Virus record (IMG/VR): IMGVR_UViG_3300037722_000745
Location: 229,116 to 293,115 of that record
Strand: one strand, 5' to 3'
Length of the DNA stretch: 64,000 nt
Origin: a virus
Part shown: one piece after another, positions 54,484 through 63,790 of the stretch
How positions within the stretch are numbered: position 1 is the stretch's first letter
Layout: every line of letters starts with the position of its first letter
Translations under genes and position numbers: made by a program
Notes under the pieces: generated by a model
Told to the model about the DNA's origin: nothing
The model's database searches: none
What the model saw: the letters and a program-made list of their open reading frames with translations, nothing else

Positions 54484-55110
54484 TTAGCGAGGCTGCACGG
54501 GGGGTTCGACACCCCAACGGGAACTCGGGTCCAGCTGGATCAAGTCAAAGTAGTCTTGCCTCTCGCAGCACGGAATGATCCAGGGCGTCAGGTCAACCAG
54601 CAGGGCATGGTTGACCAATAGAACCCGACCAACTTGGCCGGTGCGCAACTCGTAGGGGTGGATGTTTTCGAACTCTGCGTGTAAACGCCACACCTCGCTC
54701 ACAATGTGATCCAGATCTACACTGTCACCGTCTAAACGCAGGCGATCAATCGTTTGATGCACTGAGCAGTTCCACAGCCAGAACAACCGACGGATGTACT
54801 TTGGTTCGACCGCCGGGTTAGGGTTGCTTCCGACCTTGACGGAGTGCGTTCGTAGCTTCTTGACAAGGGGATGGTCTCGCAACAGTAACCGGTGGATGGC
54901 GTGAGGTAACGCATACCGGTCCTCTGCCGCCATCTGCAGGGCATAGAGAACCGCTTCGTAGTGCCCGTCATAGAGCACCCCACCTGGCTCTGAGCTACCC
55001 GGCTGGGGATCCATCTTGTTTGACTCCGTGACAAACTCGTGCGCCCAATCCGAAGGCACTCCCGCCTGACGAAACAACTCCTCGATTGTATGCGCAGTGG
55101 CGATCTTCAT
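54484..55110 (-). CDS. Fic/Doc-family protein with degenerate motif
   Basis: HAEFENIHPYELRTGQVGRVL vs canonical HPFxDGNGRxxR; LR...VKVG. Confidence 0.8.
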   Translation of the reverse strand: MKIATAHTIEELFRQAGVPSDWAHEFVTESNKMDPQPGSSEPGGVLYDGHYEAVLYALQMAAEDRYALPHAIHRLLLRDHPLVKKLRTHSVKVGSNPNPAVEPKYIRRLFWLWNCSVHQTIDRLRLDGDSVDLDHIVSEVWRLHAEFENIHPYELRTGQVGRVLLVNHALLVDLTPWIIPCCERQDYFDLIQLDPSSRWGVEPPVQPR

Positions 55111-55343
55111 GGTTTCTGCCTGAGCCGCCGACTGGCTGCTCGAAGAGGTGTGGCCGACCGTCGGGTCACTTCGACCGAAGTCCCCCTATCAATCCCCAAT
55201 GCCTCACGTAACAGCGCCTTCAGCACCGTCTGCCATTTCCCCCTTCGGCTCAAGGCTTCTTCCCGGATGGCTAATTCTAGGTCAGCTGGGAGTCTAATCG
55301 ACACCGGGCGGCTCACCTTGGCTGTGTTTTTACGTGGTGGCAC
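55107..55343 (-). CDS. Ribbon-helix-helix (BrnA/CopG-like) protein
   Basis: VSIRLPADL..AIREEA...WQTVLKALLREAL. Confidence 0.8.
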   Translation of the reverse strand: MPPRKNTAKVSRPVSIRLPADLELAIREEALSRRGKWQTVLKALLREALGIDRGTSVEVTRRSATPLRAASRRLRQKP

Positions 55344-55345
55344 CT

Positions 55346-55597
55346 CTAGTCCTTACGCTTCCGAGAAGCATTGCGAAGCAAACGTTTGATCGCGATCCGT
55401 TGAGCCTGTGTTGGGTTCCGGTGTATTGGACCCGGAGGCTTTCTCCAGCCGTAGTAGGTGGCTTCGTTCGTCAGACCCACTTCGATCAACCACTGGAGGT
55501 ACGTCTGATAGGGGATCTTATGATACGCAGCACCTTGCCTTGCCAACTCCAGCACGTCAGCTTTGATCTTCATTGTGATCGACTTCTTAGTCGCCAT
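55346..55597 (-). CDS. Ribbon-helix-helix (BrnA/CopG-like) protein
   Basis: KSITMKIKADVLE..RQGA....IPYQTYL. Confidence 0.8.
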   Translation of the reverse strand: MATKKSITMKIKADVLELARQGAAYHKIPYQTYLQWLIEVGLTNEATYYGWRKPPGPIHRNPTQAQRIAIKRLLRNASRKRKD

Positions 55598-56144
55598 GGA
55601 TGACCCTACACCGGATATAGACACAGTGGCGCCTCTACTGGAGGCACTCACGAAACAACTCATCCAAAAGCTCTCGAAGATCTTCGAGGTAGAGACAATG
55701 CAGGATTTCCTATTTGGATCCACACGCCAAATAGAAGTTCCCGTTGCCCTCCAAGGGGTCCCTGTCGAGATCAAATTCGAGATTGGACCCCGAACCAAAC
55801 TCTCAATCCGTATTGACTATGGTCGACCTCGCCGTTGGTTGTGTTCGGAGCGAATTCGCATGGCTCGGGTACTACGCCATATTGTACAAGAGGTTCACCT
55901 AGCCCTCGAGAGGCACAAACAAGAGGCTGACCTTCGACGTAGAGCTGAACAGGCCCAAGAAGCCTTTGATCGTCTGACCACCGAACTTGGGTTCACTTCT
56001 GATGGCGGTCAAGTGAAGAAAGGACGGCTCCTACTGGAGTGCCTTCCGAACACCCCTACACAAGTACGCTTGACAATTCTCCTACCCCACACGCAAGCTT
56101 TGGAGGCGGTCCAGAAGTACTATAGAAAACACAAGGGGGATTGA
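55596..56144 (+). CDS. Hypothetical protein
   Basis: ORF; architecture resembles 38564-39112. Confidence 0.6.
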   Translation: MDDPTPDIDTVAPLLEALTKQLIQKLSKIFEVETMQDFLFGSTRQIEVPVALQGVPVEIKFEIGPRTKLSIRIDYGRPRRWLCSERIRMARVLRHIVQEVHLALERHKQEADLRRRAEQAQEAFDRLTTELGFTSDGGQVKKGRLLLECLPNTPTQVRLTILLPHTQALEAVQKYYRKHKGD

Positions 56145-56154
56145 AAAGACGACC

Positions 56155-56853
56155 ATGCAAATACTGGTCATCGATGACGACACCAACCCTAACTGCACTG
56201 AATGTGTGATGCCGAAACGTAAAGACGAGCAATGGTTTCTGTTCGATTTGGATAGCTCCCTTGCGGACTTCGAAACGGTGATGATCGAGGAACTCGTTGC
56301 GATGCAGCAACCGGAGGAACCCCCACTTTCCACTGAGCATTGGTACCCAAACCGATTGCCAGATTGGCTTGTAGCCCGTAAGGACGCAATCAAAAAGGCC
56401 CACGGCTTTTGGCTCGGCCTGCCCCCAATCAAATTCGGGATCGAACTCTACCACGCAGCCGGTCAGTGGGGCTACGAACGGATGATCCTAACCAAAGGAC
56501 CGAGACGGGTTGTGAACGCCTGGACTGAGAAGGTTCAGTGGTGTCAAAAGTATGTCCCCGAAGCAGGGATCACCATCACCCACGACAAAGGTCTCGTCTA
56601 TGGTAAGGTGCTTTACGACGACTTCCCGCCGTATATCCTTCGCTGGTTGGAGTGGAGGCCCCGCGGAAAGGTTCTCATGCTAGACGCTCCGCACAATCAG
56701 GGCTTCAAACATCCCAATGTTCTGCGTTGTTTCCGAAGTCCTTTGGCAGAGCAGGCGGACGCGATCAGGGGCTTCTTAGGGATCAGCGACCCTCCAGAGA
56801 AGCACTCCACAGCCGCGCCGGTGACGCCGGCTGTGGAGGACCATGAACCATAA
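56155..56853 (+). CDS. HAD 5'(3')-deoxyribonucleotidase-like protein
   Basis: FDLDSSLADF, ILTK, EK..W, K, LYDD, PHN. Confidence 0.85.
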   Translation: MQILVIDDDTNPNCTECVMPKRKDEQWFLFDLDSSLADFETVMIEELVAMQQPEEPPLSTEHWYPNRLPDWLVARKDAIKKAHGFWLGLPPIKFGIELYHAAGQWGYERMILTKGPRRVVNAWTEKVQWCQKYVPEAGITITHDKGLVYGKVLYDDFPPYILRWLEWRPRGKVLMLDAPHNQGFKHPNVLRCFRSPLAEQADAIRGFLGISDPPEKHSTAAPVTPAVEDHEP

Positions 56854-56855
56854 AA

Positions 56856-57050
56856 TTTCAATTACGAGGGAGGCTTTCACCTCCCTCAGGCTCGATGAGC
56901 CTACGAGCTTTTCGAGAGCCTCAGTGGTGTGTTACCCTCGGGAGTCTCTCGCAACCCTGAGAGTTCCTTGAAAATTCAATAGGTTAGATGGATCCGGATC
57001 CCGCCGCTCTCGCAGCCTGAGGGAGGCTTTCACCTCCCTCGTAATTGAAA
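56856..57050. repeat. Two 36-bp class 1-like repeats in inverted orientation flanking a CRISPR-leader-like sequence
   Basis: 57015-57050 GCCTGAGGGAGGCTTTCACCTCCCTCGTAATTGAAA; 56856-56891 is its inverse except for the 6-nt loop. Confidence 0.85.
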
Positions 57051-57212
57051 ACCATTAGCGTCCCGGTGATCAACAGCCAACGTTGCCCCACATGAGCAGT
57101 TGCGAAGCTCGATCTGTCCGCCCAGACCATCGAGCTGAAAACCAATGAATTTCAGCTCTTCCTTGGTTTTGTAGGAAACCCCACAACAGGTGCAAGTAAC
57201 GATCGTTCGCAT
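57030..57212 (-). CDS. Small Zn-ribbon protein
   Basis: CTCC...ELRNCSCGATL; TTGTAATAC upstream. Confidence 0.65.
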   Translation of the reverse strand: MRTIVTCTCCGVSYKTKEELKFIGFQLDGLGGQIELRNCSCGATLAVDHRDANGFQLRGR

Positions 57213-57299
57213 GGCTTTGGATCGTATTACAACCTAACGGAGCCAAAATTTAAAGAACCGGTGTAGTGTTGTCTGGCCGATGCCGCAGCGAAAGGGGCC

Positions 57300-57335
57300 C
57301 CCGCAAGGGAAGCTCACCTCCCTAAAGAGTGAGAC
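57300..57335 (+). repeat. Solitary CRISPR-like repeat, family A
   Basis: CCCGCAAGGGAAGCTCACCTCCCTAAAGAGTGAGAC. Confidence 0.88.
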
Positions 57336-57409
57336 TAGTCAAACTGGAGATCTGGCAGGATCATAGCGCGTGTGCGACGCCGAATAACCGTTTGTGGGAG
57401 AACTTCAAC

Positions 57410-58039
57410 ATGAGCATTTTCACAGGCAACAAAAAATGGTGGTATATCGGGTTCTTCATCTTCTTGACTGTCACCGTAGGGTTGATCGTCTTTGGAGAGC
57501 TTACCCACGAGGAGCCTGGGTTGGAGCGGCCTGAAGTGTCCTGGCCCAAGGATGACTTCCCACTCTCAGTCCAAGCCACCTCACACGTGCCTGCACGGAC
57601 CAAAGAAGATCGCAACGCGGTCAAAGCGGCGATCAAGACAACAAACGATCGTTTAGGGTTTACAGCCTTTAAGTATGACGACGACACTGATACTGCTCAT
57701 GTCCAAGTGACAGTTGGAGTGCCCCAAGACTCTAGTCTGAAAACTCATGCTGACTTCGATGGGCAGACACTCAAGGATGCCGGTGGTGCTTTCCTGCTGA
57801 AGGCATATCCTGGGGATAAGCGGTGGAAGGAATGTATAGTGCAGACTTCCAATACAGGTACGATCGGCCTTCTGCACGCCGTTCTACAGCACGAGCTAGG
57901 CCACTGTTTAGGTTTGGCTCACGACGACTTTGAATCCTCCATCATGCACAACCCGCAGAAAGAGTGGTCGGGACAAGGATGGCCGGCTAGTCTCACGGAT
58001 TTCGATCGGAACGAACTCCGAAAACGCTACGCCCCGTGA
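57410..58039 (+). CDS. Membrane-anchored matrixin-like (metzincin) metalloprotease
   Basis: N-terminal TM; HELGHCLGLAH; SIM Met-turn. Confidence 0.9.
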   Translation: MSIFTGNKKWWYIGFFIFLTVTVGLIVFGELTHEEPGLERPEVSWPKDDFPLSVQATSHVPARTKEDRNAVKAAIKTTNDRLGFTAFKYDDDTDTAHVQVTVGVPQDSSLKTHADFDGQTLKDAGGAFLLKAYPGDKRWKECIVQTSNTGTIGLLHAVLQHELGHCLGLAHDDFESSIMHNPQKEWSGQGWPASLTDFDRNELRKRYAP

Positions 58040-58264
58040 GAGACCCTGACTTATCTCCTAAGTCCCGGCTCTACATCGCCGACTTGCTCCGAGCGGAAGC
58101 TGAGAGGTTGAAGACCAGGGCTCGTTCCGTTGAATACTTTAACCCCGAACTGTGGGGACGGTCCAAGGATTTAGAACGGTTGGCTGTTGAGTTGGAAGAG
58201 ATGTGAGAGCGGGGTCTTCCGTAGGAGGGCTTCGTGTATTAAAAAACAAGGACTAGTGCCCTAG

Positions 58265-58984
58265 ATGTCAGGAATTACCCGTTTTCAGTTCTCGACCTTT
58301 GTTGCGGGACTTGCGTTGTTGGGGGCTTGCACGAGTGACGACCCCGCCACGATGAGCACCGAGCCGAGCGAACCCTCCGGGGCTGCGGGTCAGCCCGCGG
58401 TGCCGACCGATCAGAGTTCCGGGGAACCGGCGCAGGGAATCGGCCCGGGGGAAGGAACCGAGCCCGGTGAGTCCACGGAGCCCTCTAACTACAGAGCGCA
58501 CGTCTACATCTTCAGCGACGTGGAGGATCAAGCGCCCTCAGAGTTCGAGATCTCAGCCGGGGACGCATCCATCACGTGCTCGGCACGCCTACCGGGTAGC
58601 ACTCCAATGACAAACGAAGGCTCCGGGCCGGTCTCTTGTGCTGGCTTCAACGAGAACCTCGTCGTTGAAGCGCACTACCCTGACGAGGCACTACCACCCC
58701 GGACACCTGAGTCCTCGGTGGTTCCACCAGAGCAACCCTCCCGCGAAGGCGAAGCGAGTTGTGACGAGTCAGCGTGCTCCCACACACCTAGTGGGGGACG
58801 CTACGATCCAGCGCCTGAGTTCCCGTACCTGGAGCTCTATCTGGCATCGAGGACCTTTGACGAAGTCACGCTCAGCATTGAAGGGAACGGGAGGGATCTG
58901 GAAATGCCAGTAGCCCTTCAGAACGTGGCTGTTGGCTATGCTGTGCTCTACCTCAATGCAGACGATCCCTCCGCGGGGGAGTAG
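58265..58984 (+). CDS. Lipoprotein
   Basis: Lipobox LLGAC; acidic/Pro-rich linker. Confidence 0.75.
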   Translation: MSGITRFQFSTFVAGLALLGACTSDDPATMSTEPSEPSGAAGQPAVPTDQSSGEPAQGIGPGEGTEPGESTEPSNYRAHVYIFSDVEDQAPSEFEISAGDASITCSARLPGSTPMTNEGSGPVSCAGFNENLVVEAHYPDEALPPRTPESSVVPPEQPSREGEASCDESACSHTPSGGRYDPAPEFPYLELYLASRTFDEVTLSIEGNGRDLEMPVALQNVAVGYAVLYLNADDPSAGE

Positions 58985-59001
58985 GATCGCGCGACAGCTC
59001 A

Positions 59002-59589
59002 GTGGGCCTTGAAGCTCTTGTCGTATGGCTGAGCGTGCAGTGCTCCGGAGTGATCGCGGCGCCCCGGCTGGTACTCTACGCGGGGCACTGCAGCGAGGAG
59101 GTCAGCTGGGTCTCTCTTCCGACAGGCGTACGGCACCTTCCTGTCAAGTGCGAAGCGCATCCTCGTGTCCAACGTGGAACTCCAATGGACATCGCGTTCT
59201 GCGTATTCGACCATGACCTTGTGACCGGCACGAGTCTGTTGATCGCCTCACATGAGGCTGCGGTCACTCTCGTTGGCTACGGCTATGGGGCTCTTGTCAC
59301 TCCCGGCCAATACGTTCGGTCATTCAAGGCTCTGAGGTGGGAACCGGTGGAGCATTGGGGCGGATTGGCTGTTTCCGTAGAGCCGAGTTCCTTCTGCGGA
59401 GGTGACTCGGGCGGTCCGCTCTTTGACGAAAACGGCGCGTTGGTTGCCATTGCATCGGGCGCACCGGCTGGAGAGGACTGCAACCTCGTAGAGACGAAGC
59501 TCCATTCGGCCTACTACGCGCCTTTGCTGCCCACCCTCTCGTGGATAAGGGATAGGACCGGCATATCACTGGCACCGACCCAACCCTAA
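59002..59589 (+). CDS. Trypsin-like (S1) serine protease
   Basis: CSG...YAGHC, DIA, CGGDSGGP. Confidence 0.85.
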   Translation: MGLEALVVWLSVQCSGVIAAPRLVLYAGHCSEEVSWVSLPTGVRHLPVKCEAHPRVQRGTPMDIAFCVFDHDLVTGTSLLIASHEAAVTLVGYGYGALVTPGQYVRSFKALRWEPVEHWGGLAVSVEPSSFCGGDSGGPLFDENGALVAIASGAPAGEDCNLVETKLHSAYYAPLLPTLSWIRDRTGISLAPTQP

Positions 59590-59829
59590 TCAAAAATCGC
59601 CGGCCCCCCGCCAGGGGCTTCGCCCCACGATCATCATCTAACGCCTACCCCGCCCGACCTTAAAGCTCACCGCCTTCGAGTTTTTCAACACGGGCCTCTA
59701 GCTCCTCGCGCTCTTGGCTGATCGGTGTAGTAGCTGCGTCCGCGGAAGCACCTTCTACACCGGTATCTTCCTACGCCGACACGCTGCAGTGGCTCGGTTG
59801 TCTACGTGCGCTGGGCCAAGAGACGCAAG

Positions 59830-59990
59830 ACGCTGCCGATGCGAATGGGTCGCTGGTACCGCGACAAGACCGTACCGAGTTTCGCCGACATGCTCGCCAC
59901 ACTGCGGCGACAATGCTGGACAGTTTGGGTTTCTGATCAGGCCGGGCGAGGCCGCCTCGATCAAAAGTCTGCGCGCTGCGCGCGATCGTG
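59830..59990 (+). pseudogene. DDE transposase C-terminal remnant (IS701/IS4-like)
   Basis: WYRDKTVPSFADMLATLRRQCW. Confidence 0.7.
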
Positions 59991-60541
59991 GACAGCGGGA
60001 TCGGACCATCGTGGACACCCGGATCGTGTGACCGTGGACGCGGGGATCGCGTTCGTGGAAAGCGAGACCGCGATGGTGGACGGCGAGATCGCGTACGCCG
60101 CGTGCCTCAACGTGGGCTCCGATCTGGTTAAGCGGGTGCTTCTTGGGATCACGCCCAAGAGGGGTTCGTCGGAGGGCTGTGAAGATCTGTACGGCCCCGT
60201 GAACGTCTTGAGTCCGGCGAAGCCCGTTCAGATCACAGACGGGATCTTGATCTACCGCGAGATTAAAGGGGTACCACTAATTCTCGCGGAATACGACACC
60301 GACGGGTCAGGGGATAGCGAGCAAGACAAGGATCTCGTTCGACACCTCGCCTACAAGTTCATCGAGCAAGAAGGTCTGGGGCGCCAGGTCTGCCTCGTCC
60401 CTAGGGCTCGGCACGAGCAGGACCGAGTGTTCGTCTATCGAGCAACCCTGCACATGCGGGGACACCGATTCCAAGGTGACCGTCGCGGAGCCGGATTAGT
60501 TCACTTCCTCGGCGGCGTCTAGGCCCGGTGTAGTTCCGAGG

Positions 60542-60961
60542 GTGGCTGACGAGAGCACCCCCAAAGGCATTCATCGCGCTCGCCTGGACGAGCTTCGACC
60601 CCTCGTGGATCAAACTCCCGAGGGGCACGTTGCCCGCCTGCTACTGGCGATAATCGATGAAGAGATCGCAGAGTGGCAGGCCCATAGCCGGAAGAAGACG
60701 CTCGCCTTGATCCGCCAGCAGGGGCGTACCGACGACGAGGCGGAACAGATTGTAGCTGCCTACGAGGCCGGTGCTCCCATCGAGATGGAAGAGGTGAAGT
60801 GTTGGGTCTGTGAGGGCTGGGGCTTCGTTCAGAAACCCGGTTGTATGGGCTCCGATTCCGGTGACTGTCCGCAGTGCCATGGCCACCAGCGGGCCTCACG
60901 GTTCAAGATGCCGGAATCGGAGCCTCGGGAACCCCAACTGAAACTAGACGGTGTGGAGTAG
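60542..60961 (+). CDS. Hypothetical protein with DnaJ-type CxxCxGxG pairs
   Basis: CWVCEGWG, CPQCHG. Confidence 0.7.
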   Translation: MADESTPKGIHRARLDELRPLVDQTPEGHVARLLLAIIDEEIAEWQAHSRKKTLALIRQQGRTDDEAEQIVAAYEAGAPIEMEEVKCWVCEGWGFVQKPGCMGSDSGDCPQCHGHQRASRFKMPESEPREPQLKLDGVE

Positions 60962-61427
60962 ATGCCTATAACAAAAGCCTTCGTTCAGCGAGGCGACCAC
61001 GGCGAGATCATGGGCGAGCCCTCGTACGTGTTCTGGAACGGAGCACGGTTGCTAGGGCTCGACATCGAGTTTTTCGAGATCCCGCACCGCGGGCTTCAAG
61101 GATGACTTCGAGATCCTGGCCTCTGAAGTCACCTACTTCAGCACAGAGTACCGCCTGTTCGTTCACGAGGGTAGGATCCTGGATGCTCGGCTCTACCGCG
61201 GGGACTATCGCAAGACGCTGGATTGGTCGGTCGCCGACACCATCATTGAGGCATACGAAGACGCCCCGGTGGCCTACTCACTGGATCTGGGCTTGGCCGA
61301 AGACGGTCGAACTCTCATCGTCGAGATCAACGACTGCTTCTCGCTCGGGACCTACGGCTTCCCTGCTTTGCCCTACGCCCAGATGGTGGTGGACCGCTGG
61401 TCTGAGATTGTGGGCCTGGAGGACTAG
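60962..61427 (+). pseudogene. ATP-grasp (DUF4343/R2K-like) gene, frameshifted with internal deletion
   Basis: MPITKAFVQRG..., then a shift to SEV..FSTEYRLFV...AYSLDLG...LIVEINDCFSLGTYG...RW. Confidence 0.8.
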
Positions 61428-61616
61428 GGCAGGTGCACGGGTCGCAGATCGGGTACACGTCACGCTTGTACTCGCACGGGATGCCGACCGGAGTCGTTGC
61501 TGCCAAGCGGAACGGACAGCCTTCCAGGTGCCGGGTCTGAATCTCGCAGATGCAGGCGAAGTGCTGGCATTTCTTGCAGCCAAGAGGCTGGTCTAAGTCT
61601 TCAACGGTGACCGGCA

Positions 61617-61796
61617 TCACGTCCTGTCATAGATCGCTTCGAGCTTTTCGAGCTGCTTCGGGCTCAAGGTCGTGCCAGCCTTGAGCTTCGCCCCGATGTC
61701 GATCACAAACTTCTCCTCCCACTCGTCCAGCTCGAATTCATCGTCGAGTCGAAGGCAGGTGTCGATCGCTTCGAGCATGTCGGCAGGTGAGGCCAT
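61617..61796 (-). CDS. Small hypothetical protein
   Basis: LDEWEEKFV...LSPKQLEKL motif. Confidence 0.65.
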   Translation of the reverse strand: MASPADMLEAIDTCLRLDDEFELDEWEEKFVIDIGAKLKAGTTLSPKQLEKLEAIYDRT

Positions 61797-61813
61797 GGGT
61801 GTAGATACACCGC

Positions 61814-62230
61814 ATGCACCCCTGCCGATTCAAAATCAAACCCTTCGAGGACGGGACTGCCGAAGTCACCGCGGTTGTCCCGCTGCCCCATGCTCAACCC
61901 TGTGACACAGAAGGCCCCGAAGCCATCAAGCAGTTGACCGCGTGGGTGTGCTCCTACGTCGTCGGTATCGCCTACGTTCAGGGCCGCGGCATCCAGGAAC
62001 TCATGCAAGAGATCATGGCGACCGCCATCGCCCAGGTCGATCAGAACGTCCAAGTCGAGGCCATCCTCCAGAAGGTGTTCTTGGGGTCCTTCGCGCCTCG
62101 GGACCTCGAAGAGAACCCGCCCGAGGGTTTGGACTCTAAAACGACCCGGGTTCTCGTTCAAAAACTGTTGGATCAAGGTACCTTAGCTCTAGACGAAGAT
62201 CTCAAGCTCTACGTCCACAGCTCCCATTGA
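61814..62230 (+). CDS. Hypothetical protein
   Basis: ORF. Confidence 0.6.
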   Translation: MHPCRFKIKPFEDGTAEVTAVVPLPHAQPCDTEGPEAIKQLTAWVCSYVVGIAYVQGRGIQELMQEIMATAIAQVDQNVQVEAILQKVFLGSFAPRDLEENPPEGLDSKTTRVLVQKLLDQGTLALDEDLKLYVHSSH

Positions 62231-62308
62231 AGGGATGGCATCCGGTGTAATATTCGATTTCGTTTTTAGGTTTCGTGGCGGCTCGTTGTAATACGGATTG
62301 AGGACGCT

Positions 62309-62479
62309 ATGAAGAACGCAAACCAGGCAATCAAGGCCCAGCGTGGGGCCGGCATCGACATCTGGGAGTCCCGCTACGTCTGCGGCGGCCGGTCGATGAA
62401 GCGCGATGGCAAGCGCACCGCGAAGCGGGCGCAGCGTCGTCTCAACAAGGCACTCATCAGCGAACAGCGGGCCGGCTGA
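62309..62479 (+). CDS. Small basic protein
   Basis: MKNANQAIKAQRG...; GAGG RBS and TGTAATA promoters upstream. Confidence 0.6.
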   Translation: MKNANQAIKAQRGAGIDIWESRYVCGGRSMKRDGKRTAKRAQRRLNKALISEQRAG

Positions 62480-62632
62480 TAAAAACGTACGGACTCATAC
62501 ACGCCTGGATGCTCGACCTCCGCCAACTCCGAATACAACCCACATCCGAGCCGGAAAGCAGAAGCAGGATCACCCTTGCGAGGACTGTGAGCGCGAGAGG
62601 ACTCTACACGTCTGGCTGAGGAGACTTCGACG

Positions 62633-62896
62633 ATGGACAACAGGGACTACAACATCCGAAAAGGCGTTCGGGTTCGGGCCTGCTGGTACGACGCCAACTT
62701 CAACGCTTCCCTAGCTGGCGTCCAGATGAAGGCGTCGGCCACTAGGCGGGAAGTCGTTGGAGTCGTCACCCATGTGTACGGCGATCATCCCACCCGTCCT
62801 ACGGAAGTTTGGCTCAGCATCCAACCGGACGACGGTGGGCCTGAAGTCGAGAACGTGCCCTGCAACGCCCGCACGATCGAGATCCTGGTGGAGTAA
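62633..62896 (+). CDS. Hypothetical protein
   Basis: ORF with GAGGAG upstream. Confidence 0.65.
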   Translation: MDNRDYNIRKGVRVRACWYDANFNASLAGVQMKASATRREVVGVVTHVYGDHPTRPTEVWLSIQPDDGGPEVENVPCNARTIEILVE

Positions 62897-63349
62897 GGTT
62901 TAGGACCGCACAGTGTACGCCCATGGGCTGCTCGGGCCGGAGTTCGCGATCTAGTCTATCTCTTCAGCAGCATCCGCCATTGCCGCTATCTCCCGGGCCA
63001 CTTCTTCCTGAGTCTGTTCAGACTCGGGGTTGAGGCTTAGCCAATCCGCGGCCTCATCCATACATTCAGTCCAGGGTGTCTGTTCGATGTCCATGCTGTG
63101 TCCTCCGTCCATGCCTTTCACTATTATTACAACCGACCTCAGGACTAAATTAAAACCTTTTCCGCCAGGCAGCTCCAAAGGGTCCCCTCCGAAGGGCGTG
63201 CTGGCCGGGAGGGCTCCAGCTCTTGGTCTTGTTGGAACGCTTTGGCTTTATGCCGCCAACGCGCCTCCAAGGCACGACTGTATTCGGCCACCTTCCGGGC
63301 GAGATCAGCTTCATATTCACTACGGGACACCAGGGGAGCTACACCGCGA

Positions 63350-63625
63350 CTAGCGGCGCTTCGAGTTCGAGCTGACTAGCCGGTACTTGAAACTGTAGCT
63401 CGGGCGTCGGTGCACCCGACTCTTGAATCGATCTACGACGCGCACGTACTCGACCCGACGCAGCTTCAGAAGCTGACGCAGCTCTCCCTTGAAGCGTCGT
63501 TCGAGGCACGGCCGTTCCCAGAAGCTCAATTCGGCTTTCCGTACCGATTCGAGAAGGGATTCTCTCGCTAGCGGCCGGCCCCGAGATAGCTCCTGTAGGA
63601 TTGCGTCTCGAATACTGAGGGCCAT
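63350..63625 (-). CDS. Hypothetical basic (wHTH-like) protein
   Basis: MALSIRDAILQEL... Confidence 0.55.
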   Translation of the reverse strand: MALSIRDAILQELSRGRPLARESLLESVRKAELSFWERPCLERRFKGELRQLLKLRRVEYVRVVDRFKSRVHRRPSYSFKYRLVSSNSKRR

Positions 63626-63644
63626 ACCGTACTCTAGAACCTGA

Positions 63645-63790
63645 CCGTTCCTGATCGTGAGATCAGGCGGCACAGGGCTTACCTAGTTCCTGCTTCCACG
63701 AGGACAGCCAGGCCGCTGTGGCACCTGGACTTACATTCTCTCCACAGGCTGTCACCGAGGTACTCTCGGCCAACATCTTCAGATTCTTGG
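63645..63790 (-). mobile_element. Right end / omegaRNA region of the TnpB element
   Basis: GCCTGTGGAG...GAAGCAGGAA overlapping the tnpB 3' end, hairpin CCTGAT/ATCAGG, terminal GAACGG as in IS607-like ends. Confidence 0.6.

Noticed and set aside
2468..57335. Solo repeats as TnpB/IS right ends or MITEs
   Set aside because: Similarity stops at ~36 nt, with no shared upstream scaffold, left end or consistent target duplication, and one copy is identical over 28 nt to a true array repeat.
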